Shown piece by piece: positions 1-8,955 of a DNA stretch of 39,810 nucleotides. The translations under genes were made by a program, and so were the position numbers. The notes below the pieces were generated by a model, which saw only the letters and a list, made by a program, of their open reading frames with translations, was not told where the DNA came from and searched no databases. Numbering within the stretch: the first letter of the stretch is position 1; each line of letters opens with the position of its first letter. Source of the stretch: Lentisphaeria bacterium (GTDB taxonomy: Bacteria; Verrucomicrobiota; Lentisphaeria; Oligosphaerales; Oligosphaeraceae). The stretch spans positions 1-39,810 of the forward strand of contig JAEEYQ010000036.1 in NCBI GenBank assembly GCA_016288215.1, written 5' to 3'.

Positions 1-723
1 CGCACCAAATGGGACTTCCGCCTGGCCATGATGGGAAAGCGCCATCCCGCCTGGTCAGACAAGGCGGTTCATCTGGACGGCAAGGGAAATGTGGTCTTCG
101 AAATCCTGCTAGAGAACGGCCATCCGGTCAGCTCCCAACTGCAGACTGGCTACAATTTCATGGACGAGCCGGTTCAGCAGACAAAATTCGGCGTGGACCA
201 CCTGCAGTGGCCCATCGGCAAACTGCGGAGGAATCTGTTCACGCACACCTACGGCTACTATGAGTGCCGCTGCCGTCTGCAACAGCGCACGGAGGGCTGG
301 TGGAGTGCCTTCTGGATGCAGTCGCCCACCATCGGCGCCACGTTGGATCCCGCCGAATCCGGAACGGAAATCGATATCATGGAGTGCTTTGCCAAAGGGG
401 AAGTGGTCACCCACAACGTCTTCACGGGAGGATATGGCCTAGATTTGAAGAAGGCTTCCGCCGGCGGCATGGACGGCCTGGACCAGACGGTCTTCCATCG
501 TTTTGGAATGCTTTGGGAGAAAACAGGTTACACCTTCTACATCGACGGAGAGGAAAACGGCCACATCTCCGAATATGTCTCCCATCGGCCTGAGTTCATT
601 CTGATTTCCACAGAGGTATTTGGCTATCGCGGGGAACTCCATTACCCCAAACGGGAGGCCTATGACATTGTGGGCCAGGACCAGTTCATCGTCGATTATG
701 TCCGCGTATTCGACAGAGTTTAG
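1..723 (+). CDS. Glycoside hydrolase family 16 (laminarinase/beta-glucanase type), 5'-truncated at window edge
   Basis: Frame 1 is open from base 1. Translation carries the GH16 signature WWSAFWMQSP...GTEIDIMECF, with the ExDxxE catalytic motif as EIDIME. Stop TAG at 721-723. The N-terminus and any signal peptide lie upstream of the window; the ATG at 28 is a possible internal start only. Confidence 0.8.
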   Translation, partial: RTKWDFRLAMMGKRHPAWSDKAVHLDGKGNVVFEILLENGHPVSSQLQTGYNFMDEPVQQTKFGVDHLQWPIGKLRRNLFTHTYGYYECRCRLQQRTEGWWSAFWMQSPTIGATLDPAESGTEIDIMECFAKGEVVTHNVFTGGYGLDLKKASAGGMDGLDQTVFHRFGMLWEKTGYTFYIDGEENGHISEYVSHRPEFILISTEVFGYRGELHYPKREAYDIVGQDQFIVDYVRVFDRV

Positions 724-762
724 TCATAACATATTGCACATCAACATGTTATGACTTTTATT
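722..762 (+). terminator. Rho-independent terminator-like hairpin after the GH16 gene
   Basis: Perfect 11-bp inverted repeat agtcataacat / atgttatgact (722-732 and 746-756) with an 11-nt loop, followed by ttttatt. Confidence 0.5.
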
Positions 763-794
763 CAGCAGGCCGCCAATGCCATGGACGTGATGTC

Positions 795-3404
795 ATGATT
801 CCACTTTGTCCACCCTTTCCAGCAGGCGAACCCGGCTTTGTGGCCGAACTGCGCCGCCATGCTCCCTTCGTTCCCAATTGGCCTGCGCTGCCGCCGACGG
901 AAACGGTGACAGGCAGCCTGGACGCGCGAAGGGGCCTCTTCGTGGCGGCGGAGGGCATGGACCCCCTGCTGGAGACGGCCATCCACGACCTGCGCCGCTT
1001 CATTCAGGAGGCGGGACTGGCGGGAGACGCCATCGCAATCCGGTCGGGCCTGTCGCCGCAACTCAATGCACGAGAACAGTTTCGGATTACGGTGGGAAAG
1101 GACGCCATCCGACTGGACGCCGCCGACACGGAGGGGCTCCGCCGCGCCCTCTACGCCCTGCAGGACCAGCTGGCGGCCTCCCCTCTGCTCCCCTTTGGCC
1201 AGAGAACCCGTACCCCTTGGTTGAAGCATCGCATCTCACGGTGCTTCTTCGGCCCCATCAAACGGCCGCCCCACTGCATCGACGAACTGATGACGGACGT
1301 GGACTACTATCCGGAGGAATATCTGTCCCGTCTGGCCCACGACGGCGTCAACGGCATTTGGCTCACCATCGCCTTCCGCGAAATCTGCACAACCACCTTG
1401 CTGGGAACCCATCCGGACGCCTTGCGCCGTCGGGAGAAGCTGCGGCGCACAGTAGAGAAATGCCGCCGCTACGGCATCGGCGTGTGGTGCTTCTGCATTG
1501 AGCCGTACTGTTGGGGAACCGCCATGGGAAATCCATGTCCTTCCGGTGCAGAGGCTTGCAAAGGCTTCGGCTTCTCCTATGCGGAGTACATGGAGGAGAT
1601 GCACACCTTCTGCCCCCGCTCCGAAATGGCACAGCAGTACCTCCATGAATGCACCCGCTCTCTGTTTATGGAAATCCCTCATTTGGCGGGACTTATTGAT
1701 ATCAATTACGGCGAGCGGCCCACCTCCTGCATCAGCATGCAACAGCCCAACGCCCCCTTCCGTCAGCTCTGCGCAGACTGCCAGCTGGCTCCGGAGGAAA
1801 TCTTTCGCATTCTGACCACCCCCATGCTTCAGGGCATGCGAGAGGCCAATCCCGCCGCCGATTTCATCAGCTGGTTCTACATCCCCACCGAACACCCCAC
1901 GGACTCCTGGCTGCTCCGACTGCCGCTTCAGTCGCCGAAGGGCCTCCAAATCGCGTTCAACTTCGAGTCAGGCGTCCGCAAGACCCAGTTGGGACGGACC
2001 CGCGCAGGGGGAGACTACTGGCTCTCCGCCATCGGCCCCGCCGACCGTTTTCGCCGTTTCGCAACGGCGTGCAAGGGGCATTGCGCCGTGGTGGCAAAGC
2101 TGCAAGTCGCTTGTTCCCATGAACTTGCAACCGTTCCTTATATTCCCGCCCCAAGCTTGATCTACAGAAAATACAGGGCGATGCGCCGCCTGGGCGTCCA
2201 AAGCGTCATTCAGTGCTGGTATTTCGGCAACTACCCCGGCCTCATGAACCGCTGCGCCGCCGGCTGTCTGCCCTTTGAGACATTCCGCTCCAACGAGACG
2301 GATTTCCTTCGACGGCTCGCCCAAACCACATGGGGCAAGGACGCCGAAGCCGCCGTCGCCGCATGGAAGGCCTTCACGGACGCCTACCAGAACTATCCAC
2401 TGGACAACATGGTGCAATATTACGGCCCCATGCACGATGGCATCGTCTGGCCGCTGCATTTGCGGCTTCAGGCCCGCTCTCTGACCCGCTCCTGGAAGCC
2501 GGAGGCCGAGCCGGCGGGAGATGCAGTGGGCGAGATGCTTTGGAGTTTCTCCCTCCACGAGCTGGTCGTTTTGGCCAACCGTCTGGCCGACCAGTGGGAG
2601 GCGGGTTTGAGGTGCCTCCCCCAGGGTCGAACCGCCGAACTTCAGCGGGAAGTCACGCTGGCGGAAGCCCTTTCGCTGCTCTTCCGCTCAGGGGCTAACA
2701 TCCTCTCCTTCTATGAGATGCGCAATGACATCCTGCGAGGCGGCTCCCCTGCGCAGCTCAACCGCATGGAGGACATGGTCCGCGCGGAAATCACCGCCAG
2801 CCGCCGCATGATTTCCCTTTGCAAGGAGGACCCGCGACTGGGCTACCACTCCGAGGCGGAAGTGATGAAATTCCACCCCGCCAAGCTAGCGTGGCGGGTC
2901 CAATGTCTTAAAACCTTGTTGAAGAAGGACTTCGCCATGGCTCATACTCTCAAGGAGGAGCCGGAGCGTCTGCAGAAGTTTCTTTTGAACCGCAGACGGC
3001 CCGCGTTGCCGCGGCGGATTTACGGCTCCCATGGCATCCATTGGTCCTATACGGTCACAAGTTGCCATATTCTGCTGAAAATCAACCTGTTGGCTCCAAA
3101 GGACCGCCCCGAGAAGGCCACGGTTTTTCTCATGGACGAGCTTGGCGAGAATGTTCCCAAAGCCCCTTTGGTCTTCACGCGGGAGAAGGGGACGGAGACA
3201 ACCGACGGATGGGCCATTTCCCTGCGGGTGCCCAGGAAGACATTCTCCGGCGGAGCCTTCCGCGTTGGCGTTGAACGCTTCTATGAAGACGCCCATGGGC
3301 AACCGCATTTCGACAACGACCTGTCGGGGCGCTTCTCCCACGATGTGAGGCTGAGATACCTCTATTTCATGGCGGAGAAGACCCGCCTGGCCCTTCTCGT
3401 CTAG
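795..3404 (+). CDS. Large hypothetical protein (869 aa), possibly carbohydrate-active (glycosidase-like); no assignable family
   Basis: Uninterrupted 869-codon ORF with coding-like composition. No signal peptide seen. Sits between a GH16 gene and a secreted glycosidase-like protein. Overlapping ORFs in other frames and strands (806-1501, 1236-1949, 1968-2558) are treated as GC shadows. Confidence 0.6.
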   Translation: MIPLCPPFPAGEPGFVAELRRHAPFVPNWPALPPTETVTGSLDARRGLFVAAEGMDPLLETAIHDLRRFIQEAGLAGDAIAIRSGLSPQLNAREQFRITVGKDAIRLDAADTEGLRRALYALQDQLAASPLLPFGQRTRTPWLKHRISRCFFGPIKRPPHCIDELMTDVDYYPEEYLSRLAHDGVNGIWLTIAFREICTTTLLGTHPDALRRREKLRRTVEKCRRYGIGVWCFCIEPYCWGTAMGNPCPSGAEACKGFGFSYAEYMEEMHTFCPRSEMAQQYLHECTRSLFMEIPHLAGLIDINYGERPTSCISMQQPNAPFRQLCADCQLAPEEIFRILTTPMLQGMREANPAADFISWFYIPTEHPTDSWLLRLPLQSPKGLQIAFNFESGVRKTQLGRTRAGGDYWLSAIGPADRFRRFATACKGHCAVVAKLQVACSHELATVPYIPAPSLIYRKYRAMRRLGVQSVIQCWYFGNYPGLMNRCAAGCLPFETFRSNETDFLRRLAQTTWGKDAEAAVAAWKAFTDAYQNYPLDNMVQYYGPMHDGIVWPLHLRLQARSLTRSWKPEAEPAGDAVGEMLWSFSLHELVVLANRLADQWEAGLRCLPQGRTAELQREVTLAEALSLLFRSGANILSFYEMRNDILRGGSPAQLNRMEDMVRAEITASRRMISLCKEDPRLGYHSEAEVMKFHPAKLAWRVQCLKTLLKKDFAMAHTLKEEPERLQKFLLNRRRPALPRRIYGSHGIHWSYTVTSCHILLKINLLAPKDRPEKATVFLMDELGENVPKAPLVFTREKGTETTDGWAISLRVPRKTFSGGAFRVGVERFYEDAHGQPHFDNDLSGRFSHDVRLRYLYFMAEKTRLALLV

Positions 3405-3523
3405 CCGTTTTCAACTCGTTGACGCGCAACAACTTGAAATCATGGCAACCATGATTAACCATTTATATAACTTACTCACAATCAACAACTTATATCATTA
3501 AATCAGAAAAGGAAACATCCACC

Positions 3524-6247
3524 ATGCGTTGTCTTCTGTCCGCATTCATTCTGCTGGCCATGGCTGGCGTTGCCCAAGAGCAAATCTCACAGGAGGAATG
3601 GGGGCGGATGTGGCGGCAAGTCAAGGCGAAGCCCCGCCATCTCATCGTCAACGACGACGGCTGCGATGCCACCGTGTTCCCCAAATCCAAACCTGTCAAC
3701 GAGGCGGGCTTTACAAGCTACATGTTGGACAAGCTGCAGGGGACCAAATTTGACGTGCTGTGCTATTGTCCTGGTTCCGTGGGACTTACATTCACCTATG
3801 ACTCCCACTTCGCCGACCGTTTCAACCCTGGCCCCTCTGGCGACGCCTACAAAGACGTCACAAAGGAGCTGGAGGAGGCCACCGGAAAGCATCCCATGGA
3901 GTTGGCCCGCGAGTTCGCCCACCGCCACGGCATGGAGTTCTTCGGCTCCATCCGCGTCAACGACACCCATGACCGCTTCTTCCCTAACTCCTTCTCCCAG
4001 TTCAAGAAAGACCATCCTCAATGGCTCTGCGGAACGGCGAAGGACGCACCGCCGCGAGGCTCTTGGACCAGCTTCAACTATGGGCTCCCCGAAGTCCGAC
4101 AGTATCTGGTGGAAATCGCCGATGAGATGATGCGCAAATTCGATGTGGACGGCATGGAATTCGACTTCTGCCGAGACGACTGTCTGCTCAAATCGTGGGC
4201 GTGGCAGGAGGTGGTGACTCAGGCGGAGCTGGATGGCCTCACCGACATGGTCCGCGACATTCGCCGCAAGGCGGAGCAATACGGCAAAGAGCGCCGTCGG
4301 CCCGTGCTCATCGCCATGCGGACAGCGGACTCCCCCGGAATCTGCAAATCCATGGGCATGGACATCGAACGGTGGATGGCGGAGGGGCTTCTGGATTTGC
4401 TGTTCTCCGGCGGCGACCATGGCAACTTCGCCCCCTATTCCGTCATGGGAGCCCTCTGCAAACGCCACAGCGTGGGCTTCTACCCCGGCGTCGATTTGAG
4501 CAACATCCGCTGCAGCGGCGTCTTTGATCGAAACCAGCAGAGCGCCTACGACGGACAGGCCGCCGCCGCCTACGCCGCCGGAGCCGACGGTCTCTATTCC
4601 TTCAACATGTTCTACAACACATCCTATTTCAAATATGCGGAGACCTCCCTTGAAAAGGTCATTCATCGGAACAAGACCTATTTCCCCACTGTCCAGATGC
4701 GTTGGTCCAACACCATTCTTGTGCGGCCGGAGGAAAAGGAGCACGATCAGCTGCCGCTGCTTTCGCCTCTCTGCCCCCATCCCATGAAGGCCGGCCCCTA
4801 TCGGGTCATCGTTCAGACAGGGGAGGATCCGGCCCGCGTTCCCATGGAGAAGGCGGAGCTTCATGTGGCCCTGACAGGGAATGCGGACAGTCTCCGCGTC
4901 CAATTCAACGGGACACCTCTTGAGCGCGTCCGCCAACAGGACAGCGTGGCCACTTACGGCGTTCCCGCGGAAACTCTCCACACGGGCCTCAACGAGCTTT
5001 TGTTTGAGACTTCACAAGATGTTCATTATGAACAAGATAAACTTATTCTGAAAGGAGACCGCCTGTTGAGGATGCCCGAACAGCTTCCATGGCGGCGCTT
5101 GGCGGCGGGAGGGCCGTTTCCTCCTGGAACAGAGGTTATTGCAGACGGAGCCTACCGCATTCACGACCAAAGCGGCGAAAGCAGCTTCCATCTGCTCTAT
5201 CCGCTGGCGGGACTGATGGGCGCCCCGCTGGAACTGGCCTTCTCCATGCGTGTCCTGCCGGATGCCATGCCCTACACCGCCGTTTTGCGGGCGGCCAACG
5301 GCGTCAACGTGGAAATCGTGGATTTCCGCCCCGGACTCATCCATCTGAAGTATGCGCAGGCGGACATTCCCTTCGACACCCTCCGTTTCCACGACTATTC
5401 CCTGCGGCTGGCGAAGGAAAGCCTGTCTCTCACGGCGGACGGTGCTTTGCTGTGGAGCGGACCGTCCCTCACTTTCGCGAAGGACCCACGCCGCATTCCC
5501 ATTCCGAACTGCCATGACACGGTGCCGGAGAAGGACACTGCAAGTCTCCTCATCGGCTCCCTTTCGCAAGAGGGAACCGGAGCCTCCGAATGGCGGCAAC
5601 TGGTTCTGAAGGAGTCACTTGCCTTGAAGGACGCAGTGCTGGAAGTCACCATGCCACCCATGCTGACGCCCGAGCTGAAGGCCGCTCTGGACCGCCCCCA
5701 CCCATGGAATCTGGATGTCCATTACCCCAATCCCGTCTATCCGCAGGGCACCCGAAATGAATATTCAGCGACGCCACATCCAGATGGCGGTTCGGTCTTC
5801 GACAACGACACCGCCCACACTCATCGGCTGATCCATGTTGGTGCACAGCCTTTTCTGTCGTCAGCGGGACGGTTTGCCGCTTTGGAGTTCGAGGTCGCCG
5901 CCGAACGGCCTCCCAAGTCCCCAACGGACTACAACGGCATGGCCGCCATGTTCGTCCCCGCCCTGAAGGAGGACCGCGGCTGCTACGCCTCCATACTCAA
6001 ATTCAGGGCCAACAGCCTCCAGACCCCATGGAGAAGCCTGCCGCTGGAAGGGGGCCTTCATCGCATCACCATGGCCATTGACCGAAAGACCGAATGCGGC
6101 GCCCTTTGGGTGGACGGCAATCTGGCCGCCTCTGGCGAACTGCGGCCGGAGCCCGGCTCTCCCGCCGTCTATTGGGGCGATGGCTCCAGCGTCATCTCCG
6201 GCAGCTTCCGCATGACCTTCCTCCGCGCCGCCGTCTGGGAAGAATAA
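3524..6247 (+). CDS. Secreted 907-aa protein: N-terminal signal peptide, central TIM-barrel glycosidase-like region, C-terminal beta-sandwich (concanavalin/LamG-like, tentative)
   Basis: AAGGAAA RBS about 8 nt upstream of the ATG. Signal peptide MRCLLSAFILLAMAGVAQEQ. Central acidic/aromatic motifs (VNDTHD, DGMEFDFCRDD, WTSFNYGLPEVRQY) are reminiscent of glycosidase TIM barrels. C-terminal ~150 aa (…ALWVDGNLAASG…FRMTFLRAAVWEE) look lectin/LamG-like. The family call is inference only. Confidence 0.75.
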   Translation: MRCLLSAFILLAMAGVAQEQISQEEWGRMWRQVKAKPRHLIVNDDGCDATVFPKSKPVNEAGFTSYMLDKLQGTKFDVLCYCPGSVGLTFTYDSHFADRFNPGPSGDAYKDVTKELEEATGKHPMELAREFAHRHGMEFFGSIRVNDTHDRFFPNSFSQFKKDHPQWLCGTAKDAPPRGSWTSFNYGLPEVRQYLVEIADEMMRKFDVDGMEFDFCRDDCLLKSWAWQEVVTQAELDGLTDMVRDIRRKAEQYGKERRRPVLIAMRTADSPGICKSMGMDIERWMAEGLLDLLFSGGDHGNFAPYSVMGALCKRHSVGFYPGVDLSNIRCSGVFDRNQQSAYDGQAAAAYAAGADGLYSFNMFYNTSYFKYAETSLEKVIHRNKTYFPTVQMRWSNTILVRPEEKEHDQLPLLSPLCPHPMKAGPYRVIVQTGEDPARVPMEKAELHVALTGNADSLRVQFNGTPLERVRQQDSVATYGVPAETLHTGLNELLFETSQDVHYEQDKLILKGDRLLRMPEQLPWRRLAAGGPFPPGTEVIADGAYRIHDQSGESSFHLLYPLAGLMGAPLELAFSMRVLPDAMPYTAVLRAANGVNVEIVDFRPGLIHLKYAQADIPFDTLRFHDYSLRLAKESLSLTADGALLWSGPSLTFAKDPRRIPIPNCHDTVPEKDTASLLIGSLSQEGTGASEWRQLVLKESLALKDAVLEVTMPPMLTPELKAALDRPHPWNLDVHYPNPVYPQGTRNEYSATPHPDGGSVFDNDTAHTHRLIHVGAQPFLSSAGRFAALEFEVAAERPPKSPTDYNGMAAMFVPALKEDRGCYASILKFRANSLQTPWRSLPLEGGLHRITMAIDRKTECGALWVDGNLAASGELRPEPGSPAVYWGDGSSVISGSFRMTFLRAAVWEE

Positions 6248-6254
6248 TCAAAAG

Positions 6255-6517
6255 TTGCAATAAATGCATTAAAACACATGCATAAAATGCATGCCCATCT
6301 TGAGCCGAAAACGCGAGGAAAATTGGCCAAAATCGCGTGCGGAAGAGCGAAAAATGACCCTCTTTTTTGGGGAAAAGGCCCGTAAAGGCTCCTAGAATGC
6401 GCTCTGCTGCGTTATAGGGGCGACCCTGTATATTAATACCTCCCCTATGCAAAGGGGCCAAAAATGGCCACTTTTTGAGTTTGGCCAAACTTGCATTTTA
6501 TTGCAATTTTATTGCAG
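6255..6517. repeat. Intergenic element bounded by inverted copies of a 10-16 bp AT-rich box (ATAAA(A)TGCA / TGCATTTTAT), two copies per side
   Basis: Left boxes ttgcaataaatgcatt (6255-6270) and cataaaatgcatg (6281-6293). Right boxes ttgcattttattgcaa (6491-6506) and ttttattgcag (6507-6517). The reverse complement of the right arm matches the left arm at 15/16 positions with one indel. Inside lies a 7-bp stem ataggggc...cccctat (6413-6447). The element sits between convergent gene ends. Confidence 0.5.
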
Positions 6518-6554
6518 TGTACTAAAAAGAAGGGAAAGCTGTTGGCGGAGCCGG

Positions 6555-7538
6555 CTAATAGGCGCGGAGCTGTTTGACGGCTGTCACAATGTCCTCCGCC
6601 TGAGGCAGAACGATTTTCTCCAAGGCAAGGGAAGAGGGAATGGGCACGTCTTTGGCGCCCACCCGCAGGATGGGAGCCTCCAAGGCGTCCAGACAATGCT
6701 CTGAAATCAGGGCGGAAACCTCCGCCATGACACCGCCAGTAGTGCAGGCCTCCTCCACCAAAATGACGCGGCCGGTCTTGCGGACGCTGGCGAAGACCGT
6801 ATCCGTGTCGATGGGCTGAAGGCTGACCAGATCCACGACCTCCAGATTGATGCCCGCCTTCAGAAGCGCGTTTTTGACGGCCAGACAGACGGGAGTCATG
6901 GAGGAGTAGCTTACCAACGTCATGTCCTCTCCGGCGGAGGCCACCACGGCCTTTTCCAACGGCAGAACGACATCGCCTTCGGGCACCATGCCCTTCTGCG
7001 GATATAGCCGCTTGTTCTCAATGACCACCACAGGATTGGGCTCCCGGATGGCCGCCTTCAAGATGCCTTTGGCCTGGGCGGCGGTGGAGGGGGCCACCAC
7101 CTTCAGGCCAGGAATGCCGATCAGCAGGTTGGACAGCATTTGGGAGTGGCTGGGGCCATAGCCGCCCTTGGCGCCGCCGGGAGTCCGAAGTACCATGGGG
7201 ACAGTGACTTGGCCACCATACATATAATGCAGCTTGCTGGCGCTGTTGAGCAGCTGGTCCAAAGCCAAGGCGATGAAATCCATGAACATGATCTCCACCA
7301 CAGGCTTCAGCCCCATCATGGCGGCGCCCACCGCGATGCCCGTGAAGCTGCCTTCGGAAATCGGCGTCTCCCAGATGCGGCGGGCGCCATATTTCTCCCA
7401 CAGCCCTTTGGTGACGCCGAACGCGCCGCCGTAGCATCCAATGTCCTCTCCCATCAGAATGACGGTTTCATCCCGCGCAAGCTCCTCGTCAAGCGCCTCG
7501 TTGACAGCTTTGGAATAGTAGATTTCACGGTCTGCCAT
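6555..7538 (-). CDS. 2-oxo acid dehydrogenase E1 component beta subunit (transketolase-like; pyruvate/acetoin/branched-chain family)
   Basis: Full-length match to the E1-beta pattern (MADREIYYSKAVNEALDEEL…GEDIG…GGAFGVTKGL…ISEGSFTGIAVGAAMMGLKPVVEIMF…). RBS-like AAAGGGA upstream of the ATG at 7538. Confidence 0.9.
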   Translation of the reverse strand: MADREIYYSKAVNEALDEELARDETVILMGEDIGCYGGAFGVTKGLWEKYGARRIWETPISEGSFTGIAVGAAMMGLKPVVEIMFMDFIALALDQLLNSASKLHYMYGGQVTVPMVLRTPGGAKGGYGPSHSQMLSNLLIGIPGLKVVAPSTAAQAKGILKAAIREPNPVVVIENKRLYPQKGMVPEGDVVLPLEKAVVASAGEDMTLVSYSSMTPVCLAVKNALLKAGINLEVVDLVSLQPIDTDTVFASVRKTGRVILVEEACTTGGVMAEVSALISEHCLDALEAPILRVGAKDVPIPSSLALEKIVLPQAEDIVTAVKQLRAY

Positions 7539-7582
7539 ATGTAGTCCCTTTATGGTAAAGCCTTTGCGTCATCACGTCATCA

Positions 7583-8554
7583 TCAGGCGAAGAGGCCGGA
7601 GAGGGCATCGTCGCGTCCACCGGCGGGAGCGGCCAACGCCTCCTCCGTGGCCTTGGCCACCTCTGCCCGCGCGTCCGCGGCGGCCTGGTCGATTTGCTCT
7701 TGGGAAAGTCCCCTAGCCAACAGGCTGCGGGTGGCCAGCAGAAGGCTGTCCTTCTCCATCATCTTGGCCTCCTCCTCCCGCGTGCGGTAGACTCGGGGGT
7801 CGTTTTTGGAATGACCGCATTGGCGGTAGGTCATCAGTTCCAGCAGCTCGGGTCCGCCCCCACCACGAACCCGCGCAATGGCCTCTTGGGCAACGGTATA
7901 CACCTCCTCCACATTGAAGGCCTCGTGTCGGCTGCCCTTCATGCCATAGGCCTCCGCCCGCCGGAAGAGCTCAGTGCTGGCGCAGGAATGGGCAACGGGC
8001 GTGCTCATGCCATAGAGATTGTTCTCCAAGACGAAAAGGACAGGCAGTTTCCAAAGGGAGGCGATGTTCAGGCTTTCATGGAAGGTGCCCTGGTTGCTGG
8101 CTCCGTCACCGAAGAATGCGATAGCGATGTCATTGGACTGCTTGTACTTAAGAGCCAAGGCCGCGCCAGTGGCGATGGGAATGCCGCCGCCCGTGATGCC
8201 GTTGGTCCCCAAAAAATGGAGGTCAATGGCGCTCATGTGCTGAGAGCCGCCGCGGCCGCCGCAGTAGCCGGTCAGCTTGCCCATCAGCTCTCCCATGACC
8301 CGAGGGACCTGCAATCCCCTGGCCAGAAGATGGCCATGCCCACGATGATTGGAAATCAGCCAGTCCGTGGGCTTTGCGGCGAAAATGACGCCCACCGCGC
8401 TGGCCTCCTCTCCAATGCAGAAATGAGAGGTGCCCCCAAGGACCCCCTTGCTGAATAGATTGCCAAGGGTCTCCTCAAAGGTGCGGATGACGACCATCCT
8501 GCGAAACATGTTCAGCAGGTCATCGGTGGAAAGGCTGGAATTCGGGAACGCCAT
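7583..8554 (-). CDS. 2-oxo acid dehydrogenase E1 component alpha subunit (TPP-dependent)
   Basis: 323 aa, with E1-alpha motifs …HFCIGEEASAVG…NHRGHGHLLARG… and the TPP-binding region GDGASNQG. It lies immediately upstream of the E1-beta gene on the same strand. No E2 or E3 gene is adjacent. Confidence 0.9.
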   Translation of the reverse strand: MAFPNSSLSTDDLLNMFRRMVVIRTFEETLGNLFSKGVLGGTSHFCIGEEASAVGVIFAAKPTDWLISNHRGHGHLLARGLQVPRVMGELMGKLTGYCGGRGGSQHMSAIDLHFLGTNGITGGGIPIATGAALALKYKQSNDIAIAFFGDGASNQGTFHESLNIASLWKLPVLFVLENNLYGMSTPVAHSCASTELFRRAEAYGMKGSRHEAFNVEEVYTVAQEAIARVRGGGGPELLELMTYRQCGHSKNDPRVYRTREEEAKMMEKDSLLLATRSLLARGLSQEQIDQAAADARAEVAKATEEALAAPAGGRDDALSGLFA

Positions 8555-8670
8555 AACTGCTGCCTCGCGTTTGAAACTGAAAAAAGGGCGATATTGACCA
8601 TTAAACGCATGAATTCAGGGGCATATTGGGCGGAGGGGCAAAATCCCGCGGTGACATGAGAGGAAAAAGG

Positions 8671-8712
8671 GGATAATTGGAATTAGAAATTAGGAATTAG
8701 AAATTAGGAATG
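8671..8712. repeat. Six tandem degenerate heptads (AGRAATT), equivalent to two and a half copies of GGAATTAGAAATTA
   Basis: ggataat|tggaatt|agaaatt|aggaatt|agaaatt|aggaatg read directly. Located in the divergent promoter region between the E1-alpha gene (minus strand) and uraA (plus strand). Confidence 0.6.
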
Positions 8713-8955
8713 TATACCACATTAGGGTAGAGTATGTTTTTGTCGAAACGACATTGTAGTTCGCGCTTCAGTCATGGGGGCAAATGTGTCTCCTCTGATT
8801 TCACAGCCCCAACAAGCTGTATTCATCGCATTCGGCAACGGCGGCATTCGTTCAAGTGGGACCAATGTGCTATATTATAGAAAGGGATTTTGGCGGTTCC
8901 TTCAGAGCGTGAACGGGGCCGCCGGTTCATCAACCCATCAAAATGTGGAGGATAC

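Noticed and set aside
8890-8955. Longer uraA start at 8890 (MAVPSERERGRRF…)
   Set aside because: The extension is hydrophilic and Arg-rich with no RBS. The ATG at 8956 has a canonical GGAGGA and begins with the conserved NCS2 N-terminus.
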